Assembly: GCA_963764715.1 (NCBI GenBank)
Contig: CAVXTP010000006.1
Coordinates: 256,001 to 320,000, forward strand
Origin: an uncultured Acidobacteriota bacterium
GTDB taxonomy: Bacteria > Acidobacteriota > Thermoanaerobaculia > UBA5066 > Gp7-AA6
Length of the DNA: 64,000 nucleotides
Reading direction: 5' to 3'
Under the pieces are notes generated by a model, which saw only the letters and a program-made list of their open reading frames with translations, did no database searches and was not told the origin of the DNA. The stretch's first letter is position 1. The number at the start of each line of letters is the position of its first letter. This document shows positions 1 to 15,264 of this stretch, in pieces. A program made the position numbers and the translations under genes.

Positions 1-20
1 GGCGCAGACCCGCAGCGTAG

Positions 21-1376
<1,356 letters not shown>

Positions 1377-1485
1377 CGCCTTCCGTTACAGCATCCCGGG
1401 GGCGGTTATTCCCTCGGTGTCCCCTTTCAAAGACGAACGCCCGCCGGGGGGCGGGCGTTCGGTGGGTCGCGGGGAACTGGAGACG

Positions 1486-3015
1486 TCAGTCTTCGAGCTT
1501 GACCAGCGCGAAGCGCGAGACGTCCGCGCGGGGGTTGTAGACGTACAGCTTGAGGTAGTCGCCCTTCTTCGTCTTGCCGACGATCCGGGCGAACTCCTGG
1601 GTCGTCGTGACCTTCTCGCCGTTGACCTGGGTGATGACGTCGCCTTCCTGGATCTGGGCGTCGGCGGCCGGCGAGACCTCCTTGACGCGCACCACGATCA
1701 GGCCGTCGATGCCGGCCTTGACGCGCTGCATCTGCCGCAGCTGCGGCGTCAGCTCCTCGACGGTGATGCCGATCTTGCCCGGGGAGTCGTCGCCGGCGTC
1801 CGCTTCTTTCTCGGCCGACTCGACCGTCTCGTCCCGCCGCTCGGCGAGGGTCGCCGTGAGCGTCTGGTCCTTGCCGTCGCGGACGACGGTCAGCTGGACC
1901 TTGCTGCCCGGCGCCTTTCCGGACACGTAGCCGATGAGGTCGCGCGTGTCCTTGACCGGCACGTTGTCGACCCGGACGATCGTGTCGCCGGGGCGGACTC
2001 CCGCCTTCTCGGCGGGCTTGCCGGCCTCGACCGACTCGACGAATGCGCCCTCCTGGGCCTTCAGGCCGAAGGCGGCGGCGCGGTCGGAGTCGACGTTGAC
2101 GATGTTGATCCCGAGGAAGCCGCGGGTGACCTTCCCCTTCTCGCGCAGCTGCGGGAGGATCGTCTTCAGGGTGTTGATCGGGACGGCGAAGCCGATGTTC
2201 TGGGCCGGCCGGAAGATCGCCGTGTTGATGCCGATGACCTCGCCGTTGGTGTTCAGCAGCGGCCCGCCGGAGTTGCCGAAGTTGATGGCCGCGTCGGTCT
2301 GGATGTAGTTCTCGAAGCTCCGCGTCGCGGCGTCGGCCGTCAGGCCCGAGCGGTCCTTGGCGGACACCACGCCGACCGTGACGGTCTTGTCGAAGTTGAG
2401 CGGATCCCCGATCGCCATGACCCACTCGCCGACCCGGACCTTGTCCGAGTCGCCGAGCTGCAGAGGCGTCAGCCGCTGCTTCACGTCGATCTTCAGGAGG
2501 GCGAGGTCGGTGGCCGCGTCCTTGCCGATGAGCTTGGCCGGGTACTTTTCCTTGTTGTTGATCCGGACTTCGATCTTGTCGGCGCCGTCGATGACGTGGT
2601 TGTTCGTCACGATGTAGCCGTCCTCGGAGATGATGAAGCCGGTTCCGCCCTGGACCTCCTTGTGCTCCTCCTCGTCGCGCGGCTGCCCGCGGCGGTTCTG
2701 GCCGCCCGGGGGGCCGAAGAAGAACTCGAAGGGGTCGCCTTCCCCGAAGGGGTTCTGCTGGTAGCGGCGGCCTCGGTTTCCCTTGACGATGTCCGTCGAG
2801 GTAATCGAAACGACCGAGGGCATGACCTCCTGCGCCGTGTCGGCGAAGGACGGAAGCACCACGGAGCCGTTGCGCTGGCGCGCCGCCGGCGCGGTCTCGC
2901 GCTGGGCCTCGGAGCGGGGGGTGACGTTGACCGAACCCGCGACCACCATGCCGAAGACGACGGCGGCCGCGATCAAAGCCGAAAAGGACAGGGCCCGTTT
3001 GGTGGTTCTCTCCAT
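1486..3015 (-). CDS. HtrA/DegP (Do/DeqQ family) serine protease with two PDZ domains
   Basis: Signal anchor, VTNNHV, DLALLK, IQTDAAINFGNSGGPL catalytic motifs, two PDZ-like domains; ATG at 3015 preferred over the ORF-track start. Confidence 0.93.
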   Translation of the reverse strand: MERTTKRALSFSALIAAAVVFGMVVAGSVNVTPRSEAQRETAPAARQRNGSVVLPSFADTAQEVMPSVVSITSTDIVKGNRGRRYQQNPFGEGDPFEFFFGPPGGQNRRGQPRDEEEHKEVQGGTGFIISEDGYIVTNNHVIDGADKIEVRINNKEKYPAKLIGKDAATDLALLKIDVKQRLTPLQLGDSDKVRVGEWVMAIGDPLNFDKTVTVGVVSAKDRSGLTADAATRSFENYIQTDAAINFGNSGGPLLNTNGEVIGINTAIFRPAQNIGFAVPINTLKTILPQLREKGKVTRGFLGINIVNVDSDRAAAFGLKAQEGAFVESVEAGKPAEKAGVRPGDTIVRVDNVPVKDTRDLIGYVSGKAPGSKVQLTVVRDGKDQTLTATLAERRDETVESAEKEADAGDDSPGKIGITVEELTPQLRQMQRVKAGIDGLIVVRVKEVSPAADAQIQEGDVITQVNGEKVTTTQEFARIVGKTKKGDYLKLYVYNPRADVSRFALVKLED

Positions 3016-3073
3016 AAGAAACGTCTTTCTCCTCAATCAGGTCCCGTTGCCGGGACAAGCAGGAAACGCCCCC

Positions 3074-3511
3074 TCAGCGGGCGACATTCCTCGATTTCGG
3101 GGGAATCCCCAGCCGCTCGTGCTCGACCAGGATGCAGCGGTCCATGGCCACCCCGATCCCGGCCGCCTCGAGGCGGCGGGCGGAGGCCGCGTCCACAACC
3201 CCCTGCTGCATGAAGAGGAAGGGCACCCCGCGCTCGATCGCCTCGGCCGCGACGGGGGCGACGAGCTCGGACCGCCGGAACACGTCGACGACGTCGATGC
3301 GGACCTCCGGGGGGATGCTCGAAACCGAGGGGTAGCAGGTCTGTCCGAGGATCTCGGCGTGGTTGGGATTGACCGGGACGACGCGGTAGCCCTGGCTCAT
3401 GAGATACCGGGCGATCGCGTGCGAGGCCCGGGAGGGGTCCGGGGAGCAGCCGACGACGGCCACCGTCTCGGCCTCCTCGAGGGCGCGGCGGATCCGGTCC
3501 GGCTCGTTCAG
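3074..3511 (-). CDS. CoA-binding protein (YccU-like)
   Basis: AVVGCSPDPSRASHAIARYL...GYRVVPVNP...IDVVDVFR...MDRCI; the only plausible start is a CTG overlapping the upstream TGA. Confidence 0.8.
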   Translation of the reverse strand: MNEPDRIRRALEEAETVAVVGCSPDPSRASHAIARYLMSQGYRVVPVNPNHAEILGQTCYPSVSSIPPEVRIDVVDVFRRSELVAPVAAEAIERGVPFLFMQQGVVDAASARRLEAAGIGVAMDRCILVEHERLGIPPKSRNVAR

Positions 3512-5136
3512 CGGGGCTCCCGCCGCCCGTTCAGCTCTTCCTCCGTCGGGAAGTAGATGAAGTTGATGACGATCCGCTCGCGGTCCTTGCCGGGGACCAG
3601 GCGCAGGAGGTCCTTCGGCAGCGGTCGGAACGGGTCGGACTCGATGATCGCCTGCATGGCGGCGTGGGTGTAGGGCGGGACCGTCGACGGACGCTGGATG
3701 CGGACGTCCGCGACGCTCCCGTCGGTCATGATCGAGAAGGCGATCTGGGTCGTCCCGTTCTGCTGGAGGATCAGGAGGTCGCGCGAGATCCGCCAGTGGA
3801 GCTTGATGCGGCGCAGCATCTCCGCCGCATACGGGCCCCAGTCGTACCAGCTCGTCTCGAACGAGACTCCCCCGACGTCGACGAAGCCGCCCTCCTCGTT
3901 GGCCATCGGCGCGCCGCCCTCGCCGCCGACGGTCCCGCGGGCGGCTTCGCGGATCGCCGCGTCGAGGCCCGCGAGCTTGGTGACCTCGCGCGGACCGTTC
4001 GAGAGCGACGGCCGCATGTCGGCCGGGAACTCCGAGGTCTTGCGCTCGGCGGACGGGTCCGACGTCTCGAGCGCGGCCCGCTGCTCGGCCTCCGGGCGCG
4101 GCTGCGCCTGGCCGGGGCGCGCCTTCGCCTGCGCCTCGCCGCCCGGAACGCGGGGCTGGCGGGGGCCCGGCGCGAGGCCCTCGATGCCGGGCGCGCGGGG
4201 AACGAACGGCGTGTCCGCCTTCGGGCGCGCCGGGTCGCCTCCGCCGGCACGACGGTCGGCGTCGGAGAGCACGGAGCGCTTCGGATTCTCGCGAGGCGCG
4301 CCCGGGAGGTCGCGGAAGTCGATGGGAATCGGCGAATCGTCCTTCGGGGGCGTCATGGCCGCCGCGAGCGCGTCGATGAGGTTGGGTTCGGACGCCGGGC
4401 TCCTCGCCGGAACCACGATGAGGAGAATCACGATCAGCAGGTGGGCGCAGAGCGAAATGAGGATCGCCCGCTCGATCGGAAAGGCGCGCGACGCGTGGTG
4501 CTCGAGGCCCGCGAGCTCGGCCAGCGTGCTGTGCACGATCGCCGGCTTGACGCTCGGCTCGGAGCGCCTCCTCGCGAAAACGCCGGAATCGAGGAACGGC
4601 AACGAGCGCTGCTCGGGCTCCGCGTCCGGCGAAGGGGCCGCCTCGCTCGCGAGCGAACCGAACACGCCGTGGACGATCGGCTCGTCCGAGTCCTCGGGCT
4701 CGTCCGGGCCCGAAACCCCGGCCTCGGCGTGGCCGCGACTGGCGACCAAGCCGAGCATGCTGTGGACGATCGGCTCGTCCGAGGCGGCCGACTCGTCCCG
4801 GGCCGGGGTCTTGCCGTCGGCGGGGCTCTCGTGGCTGCGGCTGGCGAGCGCGCCGAGCATGCTGTGGACGATCGGCTCGTCCGAGGCGGCCGACTCGTCC
4901 CGGGCCGGGGTCTTGCCGTCGGCGGGGCTCTCGTGGCTGCGGCTGGCGAGCGCGCCGAGCATGCTGTGGACGATCGGCTCGTCCGAGGGGGCGGGCTCCG
5001 CTTCCTCCCGGAAGAACCAGCGTCGGCGGGCCCCGACCGAAGCGAGCATGCTCCGCTCGCCCGCAAAGAGGCCGGTTTCTTCGGGATCGGACACGCAACT
5101 CCCCCAGACGGTCGTGCCGCCTGACTTCTTCAACAC
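3508..5136 (-). CDS. TonB C-terminal domain protein with N-terminal tandem repeats
   Basis: TM helix (ILISLCAHLLIVILLIV), Pro-rich linker, C-terminal YAAEMLRRIKLHW...FSIMTDGSV...AAMQAI...PFRPLP; start uncertain. Confidence 0.75.
   Translation of the reverse strand: MLKKSGGTTVWGSCVSDPEETGLFAGERSMLASVGARRRWFFREEAEPAPSDEPIVHSMLGALASRSHESPADGKTPARDESAASDEPIVHSMLGALASRSHESPADGKTPARDESAASDEPIVHSMLGLVASRGHAEAGVSGPDEPEDSDEPIVHGVFGSLASEAAPSPDAEPEQRSLPFLDSGVFARRRSEPSVKPAIVHSTLAELAGLEHHASRAFPIERAILISLCAHLLIVILLIVVPARSPASEPNLIDALAAAMTPPKDDSPIPIDFRDLPGAPRENPKRSVLSDADRRAGGGDPARPKADTPFVPRAPGIEGLAPGPRQPRVPGGEAQAKARPGQAQPRPEAEQRAALETSDPSAERKTSEFPADMRPSLSNGPREVTKLAGLDAAIREAARGTVGGEGGAPMANEEGGFVDVGGVSFETSWYDWGPYAAEMLRRIKLHWRISRDLLILQQNGTTQIAFSIMTDGSVADVRIQRPSTVPPYTHAAMQAIIESDPFRPLPKDLLRLVPGKDRERIVINFIYFPTEEELNGRREPR
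4751..4987. repeat. 102-bp tandem repeat (about 2.3 copies) encoding a 34-aa unit EPIVHSMLGALASRSHESPADGKTPARDESAASD
   Basis: Identical units starting at 4751, 4853 and 4955 (last one partial). Confidence 0.95.
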
Positions 5137-5321
5137 GCCCCCGCGCCGGGGGATTCTCCCGATTGTAGACTTTGCACGGACCTTGCAACTCGGCCTGCGG
5201 CCGGGCCCGGCTTTTCGGCCCGAACGCGCTAACCTGCTCCGCCGCGGCCTCTTAGGGCGGCGGTCGGCCCCTTGGCGCGGGGGCTGCCGCTTTTGATATA
5301 AATCCCCTCGTCTGACGTAAT

Positions 5322-5342
5322 GCGGGCTTGGCCCGCTTTTTT
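5322..5342 (+). terminator. rimP leader intrinsic terminator/attenuator
   Basis: GCGGGC-TTG-GCCCGC hairpin followed by T6, just upstream of rimP. Confidence 0.7.
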
Positions 5343-5347
5343 GTTCG

Positions 5348-5887
5348 ATGAAAAGGCCCTTGAGCGAAAAAACGACACGGGAAATCGGCGCGATCGCCGA
5401 GGAGAGAGGGTGCCGCCTGCTCGACGTCGAGCTGGCGGGCGCCGGGCGGTTCTCCGTCCTGCGCCTGGTCCTCGAGCGCCTCGACGGCGGCGCCGTGACG
5501 GTCGAGGACTGCGAGGGCGTCTCGCGCGAGGCCTCGACGGTCCTCGACGCGGCCGACGAGATCGGCCACCGCTACACGCTCGAGGTCTCCTCGGCCGGCC
5601 TCGACCGCAGGCTCTACTCGCTCGAGGACGCGGAGCGGTTCGTCGGCCGCCGCGTGCGCGTGAAGACGGACGAGCCCGTCGTGCCCGCGCCGCTCCCGGT
5701 CCCCGGCGCGCGGCCTCCGGCGATCTCGCCCGCGCGGAATTTCGGCGGTCGGCTCGAGAAGGTGGACGGCGACGTGCTCACCGTCGTTGATGAGGCGGAT
5801 CGCAGAATCTATAATGTCCGTTTCGGCGATATTCGACTCGCCCGGCTGGACTTCGAGTGGCCGCGACGAGAACGCCAGGGGCGATAG
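5348..5887 (+). CDS. rimP: Ribosome maturation factor RimP
   Basis: VTVEDCEGVSR...YTLEVSSAGLDRRL motif; first gene of the nusA-infB operon. Confidence 0.95.
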   Translation: MKRPLSEKTTREIGAIAEERGCRLLDVELAGAGRFSVLRLVLERLDGGAVTVEDCEGVSREASTVLDAADEIGHRYTLEVSSAGLDRRLYSLEDAERFVGRRVRVKTDEPVVPAPLPVPGARPPAISPARNFGGRLEKVDGDVLTVVDEADRRIYNVRFGDIRLARLDFEWPRRERQGR

Positions 5888-5903
5888 GAGAGAGCGGGTT
5901 TCC

Positions 5904-7355
<1,452 letters not shown>

Positions 7356-7365
7356 ACCGAGCCGC

Positions 7366-10269
7366 ATGGGAAAGATCCGCGTCGAAGAGCTCGCCGCCCA
7401 GATGGGGATCGGCAGCAAGGAAGTTCTGTTTCTCCTGCAGTCGATCGGCGTCGACGTGAAGTCGCCGCAGGCGGCCCTGGACGAGTCCACCGTGCTCGCC
7501 ATTCTCCAGGGCAAGACGCACGCTCCGAAGCAGCTCATCGTGCGCGACGCGGAGACCCGGTCGGCGCGGCCTCAGAAGAGCGCGCTGAACCGGATCAAGA
7601 TCGTCGAGAAGCCGCCGGCCTCGGAGGGCGAGCCCGGCCTCGAGCCGCCGCCGGCCCCGCCGGAGGAGACGTCCGCCGCGGCGCCGTCGAGGGCGACCGC
7701 ACCCTCGGCGCCGCCCAAGGCGGCCCCCGAAAAGGCCCCGGCTCCACCGGTCCTTTCCGCCGCGGCGCGACGCGCCCAGGCGGCCGCCGAGGCGAAGGCC
7801 GCGGCGAAAGCGGCCGAGCCCGCACGGACCGCCGTCGTTCCCGAAGAGCCCGAACCGGAGCCGGCCAGGCCCGCTCCGCCCCCGGTGCCCCGGAAGATCA
7901 TCCTTCCGCCCCGCCCCGTCGTTCCGCCCCGGCCCACGGGCCCGGCCGCCGGCATGCGGCCGACCGGACCGGTCAGCCGGCCGATGGGACCGGCCGCCGG
8001 CATGAACCGCCCCATGGGGCCGGCCGCCGGCTTGAATCGCCCGATGGGTCCCTCCGGCGGCGTCGGCCGCCCGATGGGGCCCCGCCCCACGGGACCGTCC
8101 GTCTACCGTCCGACGCCCGGCGGACCCGGCGCCCGGCCGCTCGGCGGACCTCCCCGTCCGGGAGCCCCGACCGGCCGCGTCGCGACGGGAGCGCCCGAAC
8201 GCGGCGGAGCGGTCAAGCGCAAGAAGGACGCCGAGGACGCCAAGAAGGCGGCGGCCGGCAAGCGGAGCGCACGGCCGAAGATCACCGTCGCCGACGAGGT
8301 CAACCTCCGGGACTTCGTCGGGACCTACAAGGAAGACACCTACTCCGACATCTCGCTGCCCCTGATCGAGAAGACGGGAGAAGACGTCGAGGCCTCGGGG
8401 CCCGCCCCGGTCTCGAAGTCGGCGATCCGCCGCGCCGCCAAGGAAACCCGCGCGCACGACTCGGGCAAGCTGCTCGAGTTCAAGAAGCCGGCGCCCACGG
8501 GCCCGGTGTTCTTCACCGAGGGCGTCACGGTCAAGGAGCTTTCCGAGAAGCTCGGCGTGCTCGGCCGCGACATCCAGCGGCTGCTGATGCAGCGCGGCAT
8601 CCTCGCGACGGTCAACCAGACGCTCGACGCGGCGACCGCCGTCCAGATCGCCAAGGAGATCGGCGTCGAAGCGGCCGTCGTGTCCTTCGAGGAGGAGCTC
8701 GAGCTCTCCCGCTCGGTCAAGGAAGGAACCGCCGGCGAAGCGCCGGCCGCGGCCCGCGTTCCGCGCGCCCCGGTCGTGACCGTGATGGGCCACGTCGACC
8801 ACGGCAAGACCTCGCTCCTCGACGTCATCCGCAAGGCCAACGTCGCGGCCGGCGAGGCCGGCGGCATCACGCAGCACATCGGCGCCTACCGCGTCGTCGC
8901 CAACGGAAAGCCGATCGTGTTCCTCGACACGCCGGGCCACGAGGCCTTCACGTCGATGCGCGCGCGCGGGGCCAAGGCCACCGACATCGTCGTCCTCGTC
9001 GTGGCGGCCGACGACGCCGTCATGCCCCAGACGATCGAGGCGATCAACCACGCCCGGGCCGCGAAGGTCCCGATCGTCGTCGCGATCAACAAGATCGACA
9101 AGCCCAACGCCAACGTCGACCGCGTCAAGAAGGAGCTCGCCGACCAGAACGTCCTCCTCGAGGCGTGGGGCGGAGACGTCCCGTCGGCCGAAATCTCGGC
9201 GCTGAAGAAACAGGGCATCGAGCATCTCCTCGAGCTCATCCTCATCGTCGCGGACATGCAGGAGCTGACGGCCCCGGCCGTCGGCGAGGCGCGCGGCGTC
9301 GTGCTCGAGGCCCGGCGCGAAGCCGGCCGCGGCAACGTCGCCACGGTGCTCGTCCAGGCCGGCACCCTCAAGGTCGGCGACGTCTTCTTCGCCGGCTCGG
9401 TCTTCGGACGCGTGCGCTCGATGCAGGACGACCGCGGCGAGAAGATCGCGGAGGCCGGACCGGCGACGCCGGTCGAGGTCACGGGCTTCGAGGACCTGCC
9501 GCAGGCCGGCGACGGCTTCCAGGTCGTCGAGGACGAGGCGAAGGCCCGCTCGGTCGTGTCGTTCCGCCAGTTGAAGGATCGCGAGAAGACGATGGCCGCC
9601 TCCTCGCGGCTCTCGCTCGAGCAGCTCTTCAGCAAGATCCAGGAGGGCAAGGTCAAGGACCTCCCGATCATCCTGAAGGCCGACGTCTCGGGCTCGATGG
9701 AGGTCCTGTCGCAGGCCTTGAAGCGCCTGTCGAACGAGAAGGTCAAGATCTCGCTCCTCCACGCCGGCGTCGGCGCGATCAACATCAACGACGTGCTCCT
9801 CGCCTCGGCTTCGGGCGCGATCATCGTGGGCTTCAACGTGCGGCCCGAGAAGAAGGCGGCCGACGAGGCCGAGAAGGCCGGCGTCGAGATCCGCCTCCAC
9901 ACGGTCATCTACAACGTCACGGACGAGATCAAGAAGGCCATGGAGGGTCTCCTCGAGCCGACGCTGAAGGAAGTCGCGCGCGGCCGCGCCGAGGTGCGCA
10001 ACACGTTCAAGGTTCCGAAGTTCGGCGTCGTCGCCGGCTGCTACGTGACCGAAGGGACCATTCCCCGCTCGGCGCAGGTGCGGCTGCTGCGCGACAACCG
10101 GGTCATCTACGAGGGCAAGATCGGCTCGCTCCGGCGGTTCAAGGACGACGTGTCGGAGGTCAAGCAGGGCTTCGAGTGCGGCATCGGTCTCGACCGGTAC
10201 CAGGACGTCAAGGTGGGCGACTTCATCGAGGCGTTCCAGGTCGAGAAGGTGGCCGGAGTGATGGGATAG
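7366..10269 (+). CDS. infB: Translation initiation factor IF-2
   Basis: [28 protein letters not shown]; Pro-rich N-terminus with RPMGPAAG repeats. Confidence 0.98.
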   Translation: MGKIRVEELAAQMGIGSKEVLFLLQSIGVDVKSPQAALDESTVLAILQGKTHAPKQLIVRDAETRSARPQKSALNRIKIVEKPPASEGEPGLEPPPAPPEETSAAAPSRATAPSAPPKAAPEKAPAPPVLSAAARRAQAAAEAKAAAKAAEPARTAVVPEEPEPEPARPAPPPVPRKIILPPRPVVPPRPTGPAAGMRPTGPVSRPMGPAAGMNRPMGPAAGLNRPMGPSGGVGRPMGPRPTGPSVYRPTPGGPGARPLGGPPRPGAPTGRVATGAPERGGAVKRKKDAEDAKKAAAGKRSARPKITVADEVNLRDFVGTYKEDTYSDISLPLIEKTGEDVEASGPAPVSKSAIRRAAKETRAHDSGKLLEFKKPAPTGPVFFTEGVTVKELSEKLGVLGRDIQRLLMQRGILATVNQTLDAATAVQIAKEIGVEAAVVSFEEELELSRSVKEGTAGEAPAAARVPRAPVVTVMGHVDHGKTSLLDVIRKANVAAGEAGGITQHIGAYRVVANGKPIVFLDTPGHEAFTSMRARGAKATDIVVLVVAADDAVMPQTIEAINHARAAKVPIVVAINKIDKPNANVDRVKKELADQNVLLEAWGGDVPSAEISALKKQGIEHLLELILIVADMQELTAPAVGEARGVVLEARREAGRGNVATVLVQAGTLKVGDVFFAGSVFGRVRSMQDDRGEKIAEAGPATPVEVTGFEDLPQAGDGFQVVEDEAKARSVVSFRQLKDREKTMAASSRLSLEQLFSKIQEGKVKDLPIILKADVSGSMEVLSQALKRLSNEKVKISLLHAGVGAININDVLLASASGAIIVGFNVRPEKKAADEAEKAGVEIRLHTVIYNVTDEIKKAMEGLLEPTLKEVARGRAEVRNTFKVPKFGVVAGCYVTEGTIPRSAQVRLLRDNRVIYEGKIGSLRRFKDDVSEVKQGFECGIGLDRYQDVKVGDFIEAFQVEKVAGVMG

Positions 10270-10309
10270 CTCTCGGCCATCGGCGGTCCGCCGGCCGCCG
10301 AGAGCTCCC

Positions 10310-10597
10310 ATGGTCCTCGCGTACGCCGTCTTCGACCTGCACCTGCCGGGCTGCCGGGGCCTCAAGGAAAAACGGATGATCGTCCGGAGCCTCAAGGCGC
10401 GCATCCGCGGCGAGTTCGAGGTCTCCGCCGCCGAGGTCGGGGCGCAGGACCTGCTCCAGCGCGCGGAGATCGGAGTCGCCGCGATCGGCCCGGACCAGGC
10501 CCCGCTCGACGCCCTCCTCCAGGGCATCCTGCGGTTCGTGGAGGAGAATCTGGACGGGGAGATCCTTGAGTACCGGAATGAGTTCATCCATGTCTGA
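10310..10597 (+). CDS. DUF503 (YlxP-like) protein
   Basis: LKEKRMIVRSLK...FEVSAAEVGAQD motif; conserved position between infB and rbfA. Confidence 0.88.
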   Translation: MVLAYAVFDLHLPGCRGLKEKRMIVRSLKARIRGEFEVSAAEVGAQDLLQRAEIGVAAIGPDQAPLDALLQGILRFVEENLDGEILEYRNEFIHV

Positions 10598-10622
10598 AGC
10601 GCGCGAGTATCGGCCCCCGGTC

Positions 10623-10677
10623 GTAGGGGTGGCCCTTGTGGCCGCCCGTCTCGCCGGGAGGGGACAAGCCCCTCCCC
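10623..10677. repeat. GTAG-type REP doublet
   Basis: GTAGGGGTGGCCCTTGTGGCCGCCC followed by a degenerate inverted partner GGGAGGGGACAAGCCCCTCCCC. Confidence 0.75.
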
Positions 10678-10713
10678 AGCGCCGCGCTCGGCGAATCCGC
10701 GCCCGGGGGCGAG

Positions 10714-11091
10714 GTGAAGAAGGATTCCCGCCGCAGCCAGCGCGTCGCGGACCTCGTCCGCGCCGAGATCTCCAGCCTCGTCCTGATCGAGGCGCACGAC
10801 CCGGACCTGCGCCGCGTCACGATCACCGACGTCGAGATGCCGTCGGACCTCCGGTCGGCGCGCGTCTACTTTTCGTGCCTCGGCGGCGACGAGGAGCGCG
10901 AGAAGGCCGCCAGGGCGCTCGACCGAGCGTCCGGGTTCCTGCGCCGCGAAGTCGGTCAGCGCTGCCGGCTGCGCTACGCGCCCGAGCTCCATTTCGTGTC
11001 CGACCGCTCCCTCGAGCGGGGGGCCCGCATCGAGGAGCTGCTCCACGAAGTCCTGCCGCCCGGCCCGGGCGACGAGGGCGAGGGCTCGTGA
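10714..11091 (+). CDS. rbfA: Ribosome-binding factor A
   Basis: RRSQRVADLVRAEIS...DPDL..VTITDVEM..DLRSARVYF...LRYAPELHFVSD; GTG start after GAGG. Confidence 0.95.
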   Translation: MKKDSRRSQRVADLVRAEISSLVLIEAHDPDLRRVTITDVEMPSDLRSARVYFSCLGGDEEREKAARALDRASGFLRREVGQRCRLRYAPELHFVSDRSLERGARIEELLHEVLPPGPGDEGEGS

Positions 11092-12017
11092 CGGGGCCCG
11101 ATCTCCTGCGCCGGGGCTGCCTCTTCCTGATCGACAAGCCGGAGGGCCTGACCTCGCACGACGTCGTCGAGCGCGTCCGCGCCACGACCGGCGTCTCGCG
11201 CATCGGCCACAGCGGCACGCTCGACCCGATGGCGACGGGCCTGCTGCTGCTCTGCGCGGGCGGCGCGGCGCGGCTCCAGGGCTTCTTCACGCTCATGGAC
11301 AAGTCGTACGCCGGAGTCATCCGCCTGGGGCGCGCGACGACGACCTACGACCGCGAGGGCGAGTCCGCGGGCCCGGACCGGCCCTTCGGCGGCGTGACGG
11401 CCGCCGCGGTCGACGAGGCCGCCTCGGCCTTCCGCGGCGAGTTCCTGCAGTCCCCGCCTCCCTACTCCGCCAAGAAGATCGGCGGCCGGCGGTTCTACGA
11501 GATGGCCCGCAAGGGCGAAGCGGTCCCTTCGATCCCGAAGAAGGTGCGCGTCTCGGAGCTCGCCTTCGGCCCCCTGGAGGACGGGAGGCTCGCCTTCACG
11601 ATCGCCTGCTCGTCGGGCACCTACATCCGCTCGATCGCGAGCGAGCTCGGCGAGAAGCTCGGCTGCGGCGCTCACCTCGAGTCGCTCCGGCGCACCCGCA
11701 TCGGGGCGTTCGACGTCGCCGACGCCGTCACCCTCGAGCGCTTCGAGTCGATGCCGCCGGCCGAGCGGCTCGCGCCGCCGCATGCCGTCCCGCTTTCCCG
11801 GGTTCCCTTCCCCTTCCCCCGGATCCAGCTCGCGTCGCTCGAGGCCTGGAAGATCCGCAAGGGCCAGGCGGTGCCGGCCCGGGGGATCGAGGCCCGGGAG
11901 GGCGACTGGGTCACCCTGCTCGGCCCCTCCAACGACATGCTGGCGCTCGGCCAGGTCAACCCGATCGGGGACCGGGGCGTGGCCCTGATCAAGCCACGCA
12001 TCGTGCTGGGGGACTGA
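11088..12017 (+). CDS. truB: tRNA pseudouridine(55) synthase
   Basis: IDKPEGLTSHDVV...GHSGTLDPMATGLL, CSSGTYIRS; GTG overlaps the rbfA stop. Confidence 0.96.
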   Translation: MTGPDLLRRGCLFLIDKPEGLTSHDVVERVRATTGVSRIGHSGTLDPMATGLLLLCAGGAARLQGFFTLMDKSYAGVIRLGRATTTYDREGESAGPDRPFGGVTAAAVDEAASAFRGEFLQSPPPYSAKKIGGRRFYEMARKGEAVPSIPKKVRVSELAFGPLEDGRLAFTIACSSGTYIRSIASELGEKLGCGAHLESLRRTRIGAFDVADAVTLERFESMPPAERLAPPHAVPLSRVPFPFPRIQLASLEAWKIRKGQAVPARGIEAREGDWVTLLGPSNDMLALGQVNPIGDRGVALIKPRIVLGD

Positions 12018-12034
12018 GACTTTCGGTCCCGGGG

Positions 12035-12064
12035 CTGACAGCGGCCGGCGTCCTGTGCTAGTCT
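12035..12064 (+). promoter_or_regulatory. Putative sigma-70 promoter of rpsO-pnp
   Basis: CTGACA-N18-TAGTCT with an extended -10 TG. Confidence 0.5.
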
Positions 12065-12113
12065 CCGCCGCTTATAGAAAAAGAGTGAGTGTGATCGAGT
12101 CTTTGGAGGCTGA

Positions 12114-12389
12114 GTGAACGTTACCGAGTTCGAGTCCGGAAAGCCGGACATCATCAAACAGTATCGGACCCACGACACCGATACCGGGTCGCCGGAGGTC
12201 CAGGTCGCCCTGCTCACGAACCGCATCGCGTACCTGACCGAGCATTTCCAGACCAACGCGAAGGACCACCACTCCCGCCGCGGCCTGCTGCAGATGGTCG
12301 GGCGCCGGCGGCGGCTGCTCGAGTACCTGAGGAGCGAGAGCTCCGAGCGGTACCACAAGCTCATCGAGCGTCTCGGCCTCCGGAAGTAG
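12114..12389 (+). CDS. rpsO: 30S ribosomal protein S15
   Basis: [13 protein letters not shown]...[23 protein letters not shown]. Confidence 0.98.
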   Translation: MNVTEFESGKPDIIKQYRTHDTDTGSPEVQVALLTNRIAYLTEHFQTNAKDHHSRRGLLQMVGRRRRLLEYLRSESSERYHKLIERLGLRK

Positions 12390-12505
12390 TCGTCCCGGCG
12401 CCGGAAAACGCCGGTCGCCGCGGCGACACTCGCCGCAACGCCGCGCACATCGCTCGGTCCCAGACGGCCGACTTCCGACGCCTTTTTTGAGAAGGGCAGC
12501 AGACC

Positions 12506-14746
<2,241 letters not shown>

Positions 14747-14758
14747 GCAGTAAGCAGA

Positions 14759-14842
14759 GTAGGGGCGGGGGTGATCGCCGGCCTTCGGCCGGCGTTGCCT
14801 ACTGCCGGGAGCATGCCTTCGGTGGACGGCTTGTCCCCGCCC
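14759..14842. repeat. Composite GTAG REP-like element (extended form)
   Basis: GTAGGGGCGGGG...CCGGCGTTGCCTACTGCCGG...GCCTTCGGTGG...TTGTCCCCGCCC; related copies at 42922-43001 and, inverted, at 50071-50153. Confidence 0.75.
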
Positions 14843-14886
14843 TCGAGAGCGCGGCGGAGACGCCGCGCTCTTTCGTTTGAGGCGGG

Positions 14887-15255
14887 CTACTTGAGGCGGA
14901 CCTCGATCTTGACCCACCAGGACGGCTTCGGCGGCCGGGGATACTGCCGGTCCTGGAAGTCCGGCGCGACGCAGCGGGCCAGCTCCGTCTCGGGGCCGAA
15001 GAGGACCTCTTCCGCCTTCCCGTCGTCCCCCACGCGCACCAGTCCGTCGAAGGAGATGAGCTCCTCCTTCGGCACCTTCTTCACGCACCGTTCGAGCGCC
15101 GGTCGAAGCCACTCCTCGAGCTTCGAGACCATGACCCCTTCGTACTGCTTGCCCGCCGGGGACTTGGCGTTCGACTCGGCCTCGTTGCGCGCGACCTCCA
15201 CGGGGGTCGCGGCGGGGACGAGGCCGAGGATCAGGACGAGCGCAGCGATCTTCAT
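14887..15255 (-). CDS. Hypothetical exported protein
   Basis: Signal peptide MKIAALVLILGLVPAA, two Cys, high-GC codon usage. Confidence 0.7.
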   Translation of the reverse strand: MKIAALVLILGLVPAATPVEVARNEAESNAKSPAGKQYEGVMVSKLEEWLRPALERCVKKVPKEELISFDGLVRVGDDGKAEEVLFGPETELARCVAPDFQDRQYPRPPKPSWWVKIEVRLK

Positions 15256-15264
15256 CGCGACAGC

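Noticed and set aside
4751-4987. Tandem repeats as a possible CRISPR array
   Set aside because: Units are contiguous 102-bp in-frame coding repeats with no unique spacers, and no cas genes are present.
7930-8100. RPMGPAAG repeats in IF-2
   Set aside because: Low-complexity Pro/Gly-rich IF-2 N-termini are common and not novel.
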